Shown piece by piece: positions 1 through 9,998 of a stretch of 64,000 nucleotides of DNA. Source of the DNA: an uncultured Bdellovibrionales bacterium (GTDB lineage Bacteria > Patescibacteriota > Minisyncoccia > Moranbacterales > UBA1568). The position numbers were made by a program, and so were the translations under genes. The notes under the pieces were generated by a model that saw only the letters and a list, made by a program, of their open reading frames with translations, searched no databases and was not told where the DNA came from. The DNA lies in assembly GCA_964420045.1 (NCBI GenBank), contig CAYQPQ010000001.1, positions 21,444 to 85,443 of the forward strand, read 5' to 3'. Each line of letters opens with the position of its first letter. The first letter of the stretch is position 1.

Positions 1-232
1 CGGGGTGTTTCTCCACAATCGTCTTCGCAAACGCCTCGATACTTCCTTCGCTCGTCATATCGAGTTCATACGCATACACATTGTCCAAGTCTCCGATCGT
101 TTCGCGCAGATTCTCCATATTCCGCCCGGCAACGATCACCGTATTCCCGGCCGCCTGCCACCGCCTTGCCAATGCTCGCCCAATCCCCGATCCCCCGCCC
201 GTAACTACGATTGTGTTGTGAGAGTGTTTCAT
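1..232 (-). CDS. Short-chain dehydrogenase/reductase (SDR) family oxidoreductase. Only the N-terminal 77 aa are in the window; the gene runs off the left edge.
   Basis: Reverse-strand translation from the ATG at 232 reads MKHSHNTIVVTGGGSGIGRALARRWQAAGNTVIVAGRNMENLRETIGDLDNVYAYELDMTSEG. This is the classic TGxxxGIG Rossmann motif of SDRs. The frame is open to position 1. Confidence 0.6.
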   Translation of the reverse strand, partial: MKHSHNTIVVTGGGSGIGRALARRWQAAGNTVIVAGRNMENLRETIGDLDNVYAYELDMTSEGSIEAFAKTIVEKHP

Positions 233-360
233 AAGGTGAGATTATTATTTGTAACAGAAACCTATGTAATAAGTTTTCTGGGTATTTTAACACAAGAGCA
301 CATCATTGAAAAAAACAGCCCGTCTTCTTCTTGCGAAGAGAGACGGGCTTATTTCAGAAG

Positions 361-1041
361 TTACGAGCGAAATCGTTTCGCGCCAATCCACGGATCACCA
401 TTCGCAAGCGGATAACTATGGAAAAGTCGCGCACTTAGAACATCGCACACATGAACAAGTGCTCCAATTTCCCCCATACACCGATGAGATGCTGAATGAT
501 CTTCGATTTCCCCTTCTGCGAAATCCAGTCCGTTTTGCTGCACAGGGGTAAGGACGATTCCAGCCACATAAATCTTATCCGCCCGGAATTTCTTCTGTTC
601 AGCCTTTGTCCTTACGCCGCTCCTATACCGCAAACTTCCGTCTTCATCCATCTCATACTTCCAGGGCTTCTCGAGATCGTGCAGGAAGAGCACGAGAAGA
701 AGATCAGAAAGAGAAAATGGCAAAGGTCGACTCGTTTTTTTCTTCAGTGTCGTATAGAGCCATACTCCCAAATTCATTATCTCTGTCAGATGGTCTATAT
801 ATCCACCGCGCCAACACTGGTGATTCGCGCTTGATCCGGGAGTTGATTCAAAAAGTTTTCGATTCTCCCAAAGGAGCACTTTGCAAGGAAGCTGATACTT
901 TTCGTCGAGCAAATCGAGCAGCTCATCAATTGAACGATACGTCCAAAAGAAGTAGTCTGTGATTCCAAAAAATTCCAACACGCCCAACACAAATTTTCTC
1001 ATTACAATAAACCTCTCTCGTATGTGGCAATTACCACGCAA
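361..1041 (-). CDS. Hypothetical protein, possibly an HD-domain phosphohydrolase.
   Basis: 226-aa ORF directly downstream of the tRNA. It carries H...HD-like spacing (HQCWRGGYIDHL ... LFLHDLEKPW). There is no stronger family signal, and the start codon is uncertain. Confidence 0.4.
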   Translation of the reverse strand: MRGNCHIRERFIVMRKFVLGVLEFFGITDYFFWTYRSIDELLDLLDEKYQLPCKVLLWENRKLFESTPGSSANHQCWRGGYIDHLTEIMNLGVWLYTTLKKKTSRPLPFSLSDLLLVLFLHDLEKPWKYEMDEDGSLRYRSGVRTKAEQKKFRADKIYVAGIVLTPVQQNGLDFAEGEIEDHSASHRCMGEIGALVHVCDVLSARLFHSYPLANGDPWIGAKRFRS

Positions 1042-1069
1042 ATTTCCTAGTAAAGAACTCTATCCTCCT

Positions 1070-1159
1070 TGGCGGAAGGGGTGGGATTCGAACCCACGGT
1101 ACCGTTGCCGGCACAACAGTTTTCGAGACTGTCCTATTCGACCACTCTAGCACCCTTCC
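1070..1159 (-). tRNA. tRNA-Ser (anticodon CGA). It is a type II tRNA with a long variable arm, and the 3' CCA is genomically encoded.
   Basis: The reverse complement reads GGAAGGGTG...ACAGT-CTCGAAA-ACTGT...GTGGGTTCGAATCCCAC-CCCTTCC-GCCA. There is a 7-bp acceptor stem, a 5-bp anticodon stem with a 7-nt loop CUCGAAA (anticodon CGA), and a GTTCGAATC T-loop. The ~18-nt variable arm is typical of Ser. Confidence 0.85.
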
Positions 1160-1193
1160 AAAATACTTTATATGAACCAACGAAGCGCAGCCT

Positions 1194-1523
1194 TTACCTC
1201 CCTTCTTGTCGCTTCCGAATCTTTGCGATTTTTGTTTCCAACGCCTTTGGAACATCAACATTCAGTGTAACCGCAAGAAGCATGGTCACAATAAGGACAT
1301 CAGCTATCTCTTCCGAAATTGTCAATTGCGCGTTGTGTCCAAGCTTTTCTTGGCGTTGATCCCCTTGAAGAGACAGGATGGCATCAGCAAGTTCTCCAGT
1401 TTCCTCGGAGAGCTTTACCATTCGAGCAAGCACTCGAGATCGCTCATTGTCACCATGTGGATCTCGAGTACGAAAGTATTCGTTCTGCTCATTGATAAAT
1501 TCAAGCAGCACTTTCAATGTCAT
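1194..1523 (-). CDS. MazG-family nucleotide pyrophosphohydrolase domain protein.
   Basis: Contains EETGELADAIL ... EEIADVLIVTMLLA, the paired EExGE/EExxD helices of the MazG/HisE fold. It is 4 nt downstream of the pyk stop on the same strand. I chose the ATG at MTLKVLLEF because the upstream in-frame ATG would overlap pyk. Confidence 0.65.
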   Translation of the reverse strand: MTLKVLLEFINEQNEYFRTRDPHGDNERSRVLARMVKLSEETGELADAILSLQGDQRQEKLGHNAQLTISEEIADVLIVTMLLAVTLNVDVPKALETKIAKIRKRQEGR

Positions 1524-1527
1524 ATAT

Positions 1528-2958
1528 TTACCCAATCTCCCGCACGCCAACCAGTTGGAGCTGGTCGCTCTTTCGGTGGCGGCCGAGACAGAGAACGGCG
1601 CGCTCGCCCTTCTTCACCTTGCCTTCGGCGAGGAGTTTCTCGATGAGGCGGTCGATAATGCCGTCGAGTTGAGTATTATCCGCAAAAAGCGTCGCGTCAA
1701 CTCCCCAGAAGAGCGCCATGCGATTCCACGCCTTCTGATTGTTCGTCGCCACAAAGAGCCGCGAATCCGGGCGGAAATGCGACATGAGCCGCGCCGTGAA
1801 GCCACTCTCGCTCATGAGGAGAATAATTTCGGCATCATAGCTCTTGGCAAGCTCATAGACACTTCGCACCATAGTCGCATATTCGGAGCGAAGATTCATG
1901 CCGATTGTCTGATACACATTGTCGAAGGGCGACTCTTCAGTGCTCGCGATGATTTCACTCATGGTGCGAATCGTCTCGACCGGATACTTCCCCATCGCCG
2001 ATTCCTCCGAGAGCATCACGGCGTCCGCATGGTCGATCACGGCATTCGTCACATCGCTCACTTCAGCGCGAGTCGGGCGCGGATTCTCCGTCATAGACTT
2101 CATCATCTGCGTCGCCACAATAACCGGTCGCACCGCTGAGAGACTCACCGCAATAATCTCCTTCTGCAGAATCGCCACGCGCGTCTCAGGAAGTTCGATG
2201 CCGAGGTCGCCCCGTGCCACCATCACTGCATCCGCCTCATGCACGATCTCGTTCAAATTTTTGACCGCCTCTTTTCGCTCTATCTTGACCACAATTTTAG
2301 GCAATGCCGATTCCGCAATACCACCCTCCGCCATAACAGCGCGCGTGGAACGAATGTCTTCCGCACTCCCAACAAACGAGAGCCCAATATAATCAACATT
2401 ATGATCTACCATGAAATGAAGATCTCGAATATCCTTCTCGGTAATAACCGAAAGTCGGAGTTTCGAATCCGGCAAATTCACCCCCTTATGATTCTTCACC
2501 TCGCCGTCATTGATCGCTTCGAGTTCGAGAACAGCTCCCTCTTTCTTCATGACGCGGAATTGCAGAAGTCCGTCTTCCAAGAGAATCAAATCATCGACAC
2601 TGATGTCGTGCACGATATTCGGCTGATCGAGAAAGAACCAATGTCCGCGCGTCTTCGGAAATTCCGCCTCATTTGAAATATCGCCCACAAACACCGCATC
2701 GCCCTTCGCCACATGAAACGGCGCGTCTATTTTCGTCCGAATGCGCGGACCCTGAATATCAGCAAGAATCGCAATCGGTCGCTTCAACTCTTCTGACACT
2801 TCGCGCACACGGTTGATCACCATCTCATGCCACTCGTGCTCCCCATGGGAAAAGTTGAGTCGCACCACATTCATTCCCGCCTCTGCCATTTCGCGCAGCT
2901 TTTCTTTCGATTCCGATGCCGGCCCGATCGTTGCCACGATTTTCGTATTCTTTTTCAT
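1528..2958 (-). CDS. pyk: Pyruvate kinase.
   Basis: MKKNTKIVATIGPASESKEKLREMAEAGMNVVRLNFSHGEHEWH... followed by the full-length PK barrel and C-terminal domain, about 476 aa. Confidence 0.9.
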   Translation of the reverse strand: MKKNTKIVATIGPASESKEKLREMAEAGMNVVRLNFSHGEHEWHEMVINRVREVSEELKRPIAILADIQGPRIRTKIDAPFHVAKGDAVFVGDISNEAEFPKTRGHWFFLDQPNIVHDISVDDLILLEDGLLQFRVMKKEGAVLELEAINDGEVKNHKGVNLPDSKLRLSVITEKDIRDLHFMVDHNVDYIGLSFVGSAEDIRSTRAVMAEGGIAESALPKIVVKIERKEAVKNLNEIVHEADAVMVARGDLGIELPETRVAILQKEIIAVSLSAVRPVIVATQMMKSMTENPRPTRAEVSDVTNAVIDHADAVMLSEESAMGKYPVETIRTMSEIIASTEESPFDNVYQTIGMNLRSEYATMVRSVYELAKSYDAEIILLMSESGFTARLMSHFRPDSRLFVATNNQKAWNRMALFWGVDATLFADNTQLDGIIDRLIEKLLAEGKVKKGERAVLCLGRHRKSDQLQLVGVREIG

Positions 2959-3018
2959 ACTGTTTTTGTTGAGAATGTGTAAAAATTTCAAATCAATGAA
3001 GCCAGCAGAGCATTTCTA

Positions 3019-3290
3019 GAAAAATTGTTTTTTGCGGCTTTCCTGTCCGCATTGCTACACAGAGCGCTACGGGCGGACATACAAAGCGCAAGACAAGCAG
3101 GAAATAATTTTTCCGGAAAAGCGACATCTGGCATGGTCTTAGAGTGTGTCTAAAAAGGCTGTTTTTCCGAAAGAAATTCTTTTTTGTTTGTCTTACACTT
3201 CGTACGAAAGCCGCAAAAAAAGAATTTCTTTCGGAAAAGCGGTTACATTGTGCAGTTTTGTAGAGCTCTTAGACACCTTCTTAGAGATTC
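3019..3290. repeat. Nested inverted-repeat block made of two family-2 hairpin elements in opposite orientation, plus extra palindromes (GTGTCTAA ... TTAGACAC).
   Basis: Region 3019-3120 and its inverted partner at 3158-3240 share arms GAAA(A)ATT(G/C)TTTTTTG / CAAAAAAGAATTTCTTTC and a core GTCTTACACTTCGTACG. These match the elements at 41941-42060 and 43010-43105. They lie in the 480-bp gap between the pyk start and the DUF4870 gene. Confidence 0.6.
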
Positions 3291-3444
3291 AAAGTATTCC
3301 CTGGAAGGCAGTCCAAACCACCCGAAATATCCTATCAGGAAAGTTCGCGGAAGGCAAAAGAAAAAAGGTTCGCACCTTTTTCCCTTCCGTCCCTTTGACA
3401 ATCACAGACCAAAAAGCACACGCCGCCTGAGCGTCTCAGGGAAC

Positions 3445-3822
3445 CTAAATATTGATTTTCTTTGCCAGGTCGCCAATAATCGGCGCCTCCCACTTTTCAC
3501 CCTGGAGCGCTTTCACAATCGCATACACGTCAAAGAGCGCAACTACAACCCAGAGGAGCCACCCGAAAATCGGCACCCAGAAAATCGCCCACCCGATCAT
3601 CCATACCACAAAGAACGCCAGTCCTTGCTTAGCATGAAACTGACAAAACACGCTCTCCCGCTTCAGAAAGAGCGGGATGAAAAAGAGCGGTCCAAGATAG
3701 CTGAGCGCTGCCACCACCTTATTCTCCTCAACATCTTTGTCTGTCTTCGGTGCTTCGGCACCCTCATGCACCGCTTCCCACGCTTTTGCATTTTCCTCTT
3801 TTTTCTCTGTTGCTTCGTCCAT
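3445..3822 (-). CDS. DUF4870-like small membrane protein.
   Basis: Acidic N-terminus followed by two TM helices with LSYLGPLFFIPLF...HAKQGL..F. This is the signature of the DUF4870 family common in CPR. Confidence 0.55.
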   Translation of the reverse strand: MDEATEKKEENAKAWEAVHEGAEAPKTDKDVEENKVVAALSYLGPLFFIPLFLKRESVFCQFHAKQGLAFFVVWMIGWAIFWVPIFGWLLWVVVALFDVYAIVKALQGEKWEAPIIGDLAKKINI

Positions 3823-3924
3823 ACTAAAGGGCGTTAATGTAAATGTTTACACTTCTCCTCTCGAAATAATTGCTCATGCGCCATTCAAGAGCCTACACCC
3901 AAGTGTACCACCAAAAGAAAATTA

Positions 3925-4815
3925 TTACACCTTCATGCCGCGAAGCGCGGCGATACGGTCTTCCATCGGCGGATGCGTCATAAAAAGGCTCATCACCTTC
4001 TTTCCCTTGAAGGGATTGGCAATATAGAGGTGCGCCGTCGCACGATTCGCCGCTTCCAGCGGTTCCGCATCGCCCGAAATCTTCTCGAGCGCTCGGGCGA
4101 GCCCTTCAGGATAGCGGGTAAGGAGCGCGCCCGACGCATCGGCCAAAAACTCTCGCTTCCGAGAAATGGCAAGTTGCATAAGCATCGCCGCGATCGGCGC
4201 AAGAATAGACAGAACAATCGCAAGAATCATAAAGACAAATTGCAACTGCCCGCTCTCACGATCATCGCTCCGACGCCCGAAGAACGCCCAGTGTCGAAAC
4301 CAATCCGCAAGGAGCGTCACGAACCCCACCATCACCACAACCACGGTTGAGAGAAGAATATCGCGGTTTCCGATATGTGAAAGCTCATGCGCAATCACAC
4401 CTTCGAGCTCTATTTTTTCGAGTCGGTTGATGATGCCCGTCGTAAGACAGATAACGCCGTGCTTCGCGTCGCGTCCGGTCGCGAAGGCGTTCATGGCAGT
4501 GTCTTCGATAATGTAAATTTTCGGTGTCGGAAGCCCAGCCGTGATGCAAAGATTCTCCACCAGTCGGTAGATCTCACGCCCGCTCTCGTGCGTCACTTCC
4601 TTAGCACCACTCATCGCCAGCACGATCTTGTCGCTCCACCAATATGACCCGAAGCTCATAAGAATCGAGAAGATCACCGCCCCATACAAAATCCCACTCG
4701 ACTGCATCGCTCCTGCAAACACATACCCCACCCCGATCACAAACACCAAAAACCCCGTAATATACACCCAGGTGAGTCGCGTATTTTTGTCGTAACTAGT
4801 GTAGAGCGTTGCCAT
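3925..4815 (-). CDS. htpX: Zinc metalloprotease HtpX (M48 family).
   Basis: Two N-terminal TM segments, the HELSH zincin motif (VIAHELSHIGNRD), and C-terminal TM helices. About 296 aa. Confidence 0.9.
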   Translation of the reverse strand: MATLYTSYDKNTRLTWVYITGFLVFVIGVGYVFAGAMQSSGILYGAVIFSILMSFGSYWWSDKIVLAMSGAKEVTHESGREIYRLVENLCITAGLPTPKIYIIEDTAMNAFATGRDAKHGVICLTTGIINRLEKIELEGVIAHELSHIGNRDILLSTVVVVMVGFVTLLADWFRHWAFFGRRSDDRESGQLQFVFMILAIVLSILAPIAAMLMQLAISRKREFLADASGALLTRYPEGLARALEKISGDAEPLEAANRATAHLYIANPFKGKKVMSLFMTHPPMEDRIAALRGMKV

Positions 4816-5015
4816 ACGTTCTGATTGTTCGGCGTATCAGCTTTCAGCCTCTTGTCATTTCGACCGAAGCGGAGAAATCCCAATGCTCGTCAAAGAGACC
4901 AATCAACCTATAAGATAAGAAACGATCTCGAATCACTGTGACATCCCGAGATCCCTCGACTTCGCTCGAGATGACAGAAAATACAACAAGCAAAACAAGC
5001 AAAAAGGGTGGAAAA

Positions 5016-5597
5016 CTAAAACTCCACTTTCACCGGTTGCTTCGCCGCTTCTTCGTCGAGTTCGAAGAATTCGCGTTTGGTGAACGTGAACATATTCGCG
5101 ATGATATTGGTCGGGACGGTTTCTATCTTGGTATTGTATTCCATAACGACGCCATTGTAGAAGCGGCGCGATGCCTGGATCTTGTTCTCCGTATCGGAGA
5201 GCTCGCGCTGAAGTTCGAGAAAGTTCTGATTCGCCTTGAGATCCGGATACGCTTCCGCAACCGCAAAGAGACTCTTCAAAGCGCCCGAGAGCACATTCTC
5301 CGCTTGTGCCTTCTCTGCCGTGCCACCCGCTTGCATCGCCTTGCTCCGCGCCTCGGTCACCTTCTCAAACACGCCCGACTCATGCGCGGCATAGCCCTTC
5401 ACAGTCGAAACGAGGTTCGGAATGAGATCATACCGCCGCTTCAACTGCACATCAATATCGCTCCACGCCTCCCCGGCGCGATTCTTGAACGTTACCAAAC
5501 CATTGTATGCTGCAATCCCCCACACCACGAGAACTAGCCCAATCCCCAAAAGAATATAGAGTGCCATAATGATACGAGCCGACACTTTCCGACGCAT
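5016..5597 (-). CDS. lemA: LemA family protein.
   Basis: N-terminal TM then AYNGLV...RYDLIPNLV...AHE...EAYPDLKAN, the LemA signature. It sits next to htpX, as it commonly does. Confidence 0.85.
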   Translation of the reverse strand: MRRKVSARIIMALYILLGIGLVLVVWGIAAYNGLVTFKNRAGEAWSDIDVQLKRRYDLIPNLVSTVKGYAAHESGVFEKVTEARSKAMQAGGTAEKAQAENVLSGALKSLFAVAEAYPDLKANQNFLELQRELSDTENKIQASRRFYNGVVMEYNTKIETVPTNIIANMFTFTKREFFELDEEAAKQPVKVEF

Positions 5598-5881
5598 CCC
5601 GAAAAGCCCGCCTCAATTAAAGAAAAATCTCACTCCGACACCTTCACAGTAGCATGAAACCCCTCTCTTGAGAAGCTCCTGCCACAAACAGGATAAGCAG
5701 TGTATAATGGAAGAAGAATACGGAATTAAGAATCAAGAATGAGGCAATTATGCACAGAAGCACCAAACAAATGTTTTTTACCTACTCTTCCTCATCATTC
5801 CCACTTCTCTACGTTCTCTCATCTCCTCACCTTGTTCTCTATCTCTTCATTCCTCATTCTTAATTCCTTCTCTTTTTTCCT

Positions 5882-6322
5882 ATGATTCGCAATGAAATTA
5901 TGTTGTTTCTCGTTCCGATCCTTGTCGTCATAATCACCGAGGGCATCAAGTTTGCCAATTATTGCCGGAAGCACGGTTGGGACCTGCGCTATTCAATTGC
6001 ATACGGTCACATGCCGAGCGCACATACCGCCTTTGTGGCGTCACTGGTTACCACCGTCGCGCTTGTCGACGGTTTTACGCAGACATCTTTTGCCATCGCA
6101 CTCACGCTCGCCATCATCGTCATCTTCGACGCGCTTCGCCTGCGCGTCTATATGGGCGAGCACGCGCGCTACCTCAACAATCTCACCAAAGAACTCAAAC
6201 TCGACGAATCGAATTTCCCCCGACTCAAAGAACGCGTCGGCCACAAACCCGAGGAAGTCGCCGTCGGCGGTTTGGTCGGCATCTTGCTCACCCTCCTCTT
6301 CTTCGCTATTTGGGGAATATAG
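5882..6322 (+). CDS. Divergent PAP2 / DUF212 (YuiD-like) family membrane protein.
   Basis: The YGHMPSAHTAFVASL motif is characteristic of the acid phosphatase/vanadium haloperoxidase-related DUF212 family. The protein has multiple TM helices. Confidence 0.65.
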   Translation: MIRNEIMLFLVPILVVIITEGIKFANYCRKHGWDLRYSIAYGHMPSAHTAFVASLVTTVALVDGFTQTSFAIALTLAIIVIFDALRLRVYMGEHARYLNNLTKELKLDESNFPRLKERVGHKPEEVAVGGLVGILLTLLFFAIWGI

Positions 6323-6359
6323 CCCAAACATCTCTCCACTCGCCCACCAGTACATCCCT

Positions 6360-7283
6360 ATGTTTCTCAGGAACTTTTTTGAAAATCCCTCAGCAACAGA
6401 AGCAAAGAATGAACCAGCTGCCAGAAAAATATCGTGTGAGAAATTCCCGATAGAAGTAAGTGGCGGAACAGCGGAAGTATACGACTACCAACCTTCTCCG
6501 GAGATTCAGAAAAGCACCGTTCCGCTCATGCTCGCGCCCGGGTGCGGCGGAGATGAAGCGTTGTATCACGAAAGCATTGTGCACCTTGTCGAGAATTTTG
6601 GTCGGCGAGTCATCACGCTCGATCACCCGAAACAGCGCGAGCGCGAACACGAAATATGGGAAGAAGCTCCGACAAAAGGGCTCGAAATCAAAGCGCATAA
6701 TATCCTTGATGTCATCAAGACAAAAGGGCTCCAAAGAACAGATGCGGTCGCCCATTCCGAAGGAGCTTTAAATCTCATCACCGCCGCCGCGCATGCGCCG
6801 GAACGGTTTCGAAATATCATCCTCGTTGCACCGGCCGGATTCATCGGCAAAGACTCTCTTGGCAACCTCGCGCTTCGTTTTGCAAAGAATTTCTTCGCCG
6901 GTCAACCGGAAACTATTTCCTCTCTTCCGAAAACCGATCAGGAAAGGGCTCATGCTTCGCTCTCATCGAAAGTCAGAAGAGTTTTAAACTGTGTTTATGG
7001 AAATCTCTTCCGCGTCTTGAGCGAAATTGAGGGTATCGCAAAGAGCGACATACACGATCAGCTCAAGAAACTCAAAGAAGCCGGAATACACATTGTCATT
7101 GTGGCTCCGGTAGAAGATGAGGTATTCCCTATCGAACGCATACAGAAAATGGTGCAAGCCGGCGATATCGACGGATTTTTTGTCATCCGAGGCGGACACG
7201 GCGACATCACTCGCATCTCCCGCTTCGTAGACATAGTCGGAAGCGCCATCGAAACCCTCGAAGAAAAAGAAGTGTCGATTTGA
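6360..7283 (+). CDS. Alpha/beta-fold hydrolase.
   Basis: Contains the nucleophile-elbow pentapeptide H-S-E-G-A (GxSxG) and a C-terminal GGHGD. I used the ATG at 6360 (MFLRNFF...). The 443-aa track ORF starting at 5952 overlaps the PAP2 gene in another frame and is mostly artefact. Confidence 0.65.
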   Translation: MFLRNFFENPSATEAKNEPAARKISCEKFPIEVSGGTAEVYDYQPSPEIQKSTVPLMLAPGCGGDEALYHESIVHLVENFGRRVITLDHPKQREREHEIWEEAPTKGLEIKAHNILDVIKTKGLQRTDAVAHSEGALNLITAAAHAPERFRNIILVAPAGFIGKDSLGNLALRFAKNFFAGQPETISSLPKTDQERAHASLSSKVRRVLNCVYGNLFRVLSEIEGIAKSDIHDQLKKLKEAGIHIVIVAPVEDEVFPIERIQKMVQAGDIDGFFVIRGGHGDITRISRFVDIVGSAIETLEEKEVSI

Positions 7284-7417
7284 TAACTATCACACACTCT
7301 AAGGAACTCGAAACTGGCATTCTCAATCTAAATTTTCATCACTCATTCTCCTCGCCATGTGGAGATGTAGACAAAAAATTGACATATTACATGCAACAGG
7401 AATTTAGCCTTAATAAG

Positions 7418-7453
7418 AAAAAACGCCCCGATTTTTATTTTAGGGCGTTTTTT
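7418..7453. terminator. Bidirectional rho-independent terminator.
   Basis: AAAAAACGCCCC-GATTTTTATTTTA-GGGCGTTTTTT. This is a GC stem flanked by an A-run and a T-run, placed between convergent genes. Confidence 0.6.
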
Positions 7454-7473
7454 GGGAGATTACTTTGAAAAGG

Positions 7474-7815
7474 TTAGATGGAACAGCGTTGTGCAACGGC
7501 AATACCCTCAAGAGCTCTTCCGTTACAAGCTTCTTGAGAGGCAGCTCGCATTAATCGCGAAAGCTCATCATTAGAAAGAGAACTGCCATCGGCATGTTCA
7601 ACCGAGAATCTCGGGGTATACAGTTCCGGTGTTCCGAGAACCATATTGTTAAACTCGACCCACTCTACAAGCTCGCGCATACTTTTGTGGTGAGTTGTGA
7701 CCCGCTGACCACATTGCGTCTCCGCTCCGCCATCAACTGACCGAGAAGGTACTATACAGACTGTAACATACAGATACCACCCGCTTTCCCATGTACCGCC
7801 ACCCATTTTAAACAC
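7474..7815 (-). CDS. Hypothetical small protein. It may not be coding.
   Basis: 113-aa ORF with no recognisable motif. It is the only ORF in a 620-bp gap. Confidence 0.3.
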   Translation of the reverse strand: MFKMGGGTWESGWYLYVTVCIVPSRSVDGGAETQCGQRVTTHHKSMRELVEWVEFNNMVLGTPELYTPRFSVEHADGSSLSNDELSRLMRAASQEACNGRALEGIAVAQRCSI

Positions 7816-7905
7816 CTCCCAGGTTCTTTGGTTACACCGTCATACACTCTCACTCTATGTACTTATAACATATAGAAATACCTACGTCAATAAATACACC
7901 TGTCT

Positions 7906-9930
7906 TTAAACAGCTCCTTCCAATTTCCGAATCTCGTCGCGGAGGATGGCGGCAGTTTCGAAGTCGAGTATTTTTACTGCTTCATTCATCTCGGCTTTCT
8001 TTCGACGGATGAGCTTTTTCTTGTCCTTGCCGAAGACTTTTTCGTCGAGCGCGAGATCGGCACGAACGGCGCGGTCATGATCGCTCTCGATGGTGTCGGT
8101 AATATCATGAATTTCCTTGCGCACCGTTTCCGGCGTAATGCCGTGCTCGGCATTGTAGGCAAGTTGGATATCACGGCGGCGGTTCGTCTCATCGATCGCG
8201 CGCTTCAGTGATCCGGTCACGGTATCGGCATAGAGCGTCACGCGCCCCGAAACATTTCGCGCCGCGCGCCCTATTGTCTGAATGAGCGATGTTTCGGACC
8301 GCAAGAAACCTTCTTTGTCCGCATCGAGAATGCCGATGAACGTCACTTCGGGAAGATCGAGCCCTTCGCGCAACAGGTTCACGCCAACCAAACAGTCAAA
8401 TTCGCCCCGGCGAAACTTGGTGAGAATACGGATACGGTCAATCGTCTTCACATCACTATGAAGATATTCGGCTTTGATGTGTTTCTCCTTCAAGAACACC
8501 GACAAATCTTCCGCCATTTTCTTCGTCAAGGTCGTCGCGATGATGCGACCGCCCTTTGAAATTTCTTTCTCGGCTTCGGCGATAAAATCAACAATTTGTC
8601 CCGAATACTCTTTGTCGTCAGAACGAACTGGCTTGATGGTAAGAAGCGGATCAACGAGTCCTGTCGGGCGAATCACCTGTTCGACAATATTTGCGCTCGT
8701 TCGCCGTTCTTCCGTGCCGGGCGTTGCCGACGTAAAAATCATCTGTCCGACGCGAGTTTCAAATTCCTCACCGCGAAGCGGACGGTTGTCGAGCGCCGAC
8801 GGAAGCCGGAAGCCATGCTCGACGAGCGTTTTTTTGCGCGACTGGTCGCCCGCATACATACCGCGAATCTGCGGGAGCGTGACGTGCGACTCGTCGAGAA
8901 TCGTGAGGAAATCCGGCGCACCGTCGGCTGTCTTTGGAAAATATGAGAGGAGCGTCTCGGGCGGTTCGCCCGGGAGCTTCCCCGAGAGGTGTCGCGAATA
9001 ATTCTCGATGCCGTTCGTATAGCCGATTTCTTCGATCATCGAGAGATCGTAGTTTGTCCGGCGCTTCAACCGATCCGCCTCAAGGAGTTTTCCGGCATCG
9101 GTCAGTTTTTTGAGTTGTTCATCGAGCTCGGATCGAATGGAAACCAGCGCGCGCTGTTGCTCCGCGTCCGTTGTCACGAAGTGCTTCGCCGGAAAGAGAA
9201 AGAACGCTTCCGACTCTTCGAGTATTCGTTGCGATACGGGATCTATTTTTCGAATCCTCCCGATCACGTCGCCCGAAAGCTCGATCTCAAAGACCGTCTT
9301 TTCCTGAACCGGCATCACTTCGATGCGATTCCCCATCGCACGAAAAGCCCCAGGAGAAAGATCGGCCGTCGTTCGTTCGAAATGCCGATCGATAAGCGCG
9401 CGCAAAAATTCCGCTCGCGGACATCGCATGCCCCGATCGACACGAAGATTCTCCCGCTCGTATTCTTCGGGCGACCCCAATCCATAGATACATGACACCG
9501 ATGCGACGATAATCGTATCGCGCCGCGTGAGAAGCGCCTGCGTCGAGGCATGCCGCAGTCGCTCGATCTCCACGTTGATCGCCGCGTCTTTCTCTATATA
9601 CGTATCGCTCGCGGGAATATAGGCCTCGGGCTGATAGAAGTCGTAGTACGAGACGAAGTAGTGCACCGCCGCCTCGGGAAAGAAACTCTGATATTCCTGC
9701 GCAAGCTGCGCCGCAAGCGTTTTGTTGTGCGCGATAACCAGTGCCGGCCTCCCCATCTCGGCAATCACATTCGCCATCGTAAAAGTCTTCCCCGAGCCCG
9801 TGACCCCCAGAAGCGTCTGTCGCCCCATCCCCGCCCGCAATCCCTCCGAAAGCGATTTGATCGCCTTCGGCTGATCCCCTGCCGGCTGGTACGGCGCCTT
9901 GAGTTGAAAGATATTGTGTCCTCTTGACAT
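7906..9930 (-). CDS. uvrB: Excinuclease ABC subunit B.
   Basis: N-terminus ...YQPAGDQPKAI, Walker A GVTGSGKT, helicase motifs, and a C-terminal UVR domain (ILRDEIRKLE). 674 aa. Confidence 0.95.
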   Translation of the reverse strand: MSRGHNIFQLKAPYQPAGDQPKAIKSLSEGLRAGMGRQTLLGVTGSGKTFTMANVIAEMGRPALVIAHNKTLAAQLAQEYQSFFPEAAVHYFVSYYDFYQPEAYIPASDTYIEKDAAINVEIERLRHASTQALLTRRDTIIVASVSCIYGLGSPEEYERENLRVDRGMRCPRAEFLRALIDRHFERTTADLSPGAFRAMGNRIEVMPVQEKTVFEIELSGDVIGRIRKIDPVSQRILEESEAFFLFPAKHFVTTDAEQQRALVSIRSELDEQLKKLTDAGKLLEADRLKRRTNYDLSMIEEIGYTNGIENYSRHLSGKLPGEPPETLLSYFPKTADGAPDFLTILDESHVTLPQIRGMYAGDQSRKKTLVEHGFRLPSALDNRPLRGEEFETRVGQMIFTSATPGTEERRTSANIVEQVIRPTGLVDPLLTIKPVRSDDKEYSGQIVDFIAEAEKEISKGGRIIATTLTKKMAEDLSVFLKEKHIKAEYLHSDVKTIDRIRILTKFRRGEFDCLVGVNLLREGLDLPEVTFIGILDADKEGFLRSETSLIQTIGRAARNVSGRVTLYADTVTGSLKRAIDETNRRRDIQLAYNAEHGITPETVRKEIHDITDTIESDHDRAVRADLALDEKVFGKDKKKLIRRKKAEMNEAVKILDFETAAILRDEIRKLEGAV

Positions 9931-9998
9931 AAAGTGTATTTTTTGCTACTCTAGCACGGAAACAGTCTTTTTGACAACCCAACCAAAAGGAGAAACAA

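Noticed and set aside
5-415. 136-aa plus-strand ORF at the window start.
   Set aside because: It is antisense to the clearly recognisable SDR Rossmann N-terminus encoded on the minus strand (1-232), and its composition is Arg/Pro-rich junk.
5952-7283. 443-aa track ORF starting at 5952.
   Set aside because: Its first 136 codons overlap the PAP2/DUF212 gene in another frame and are Ser/Pro/Arg-rich low-complexity. The real hydrolase gene starts at the ATG at 6360.
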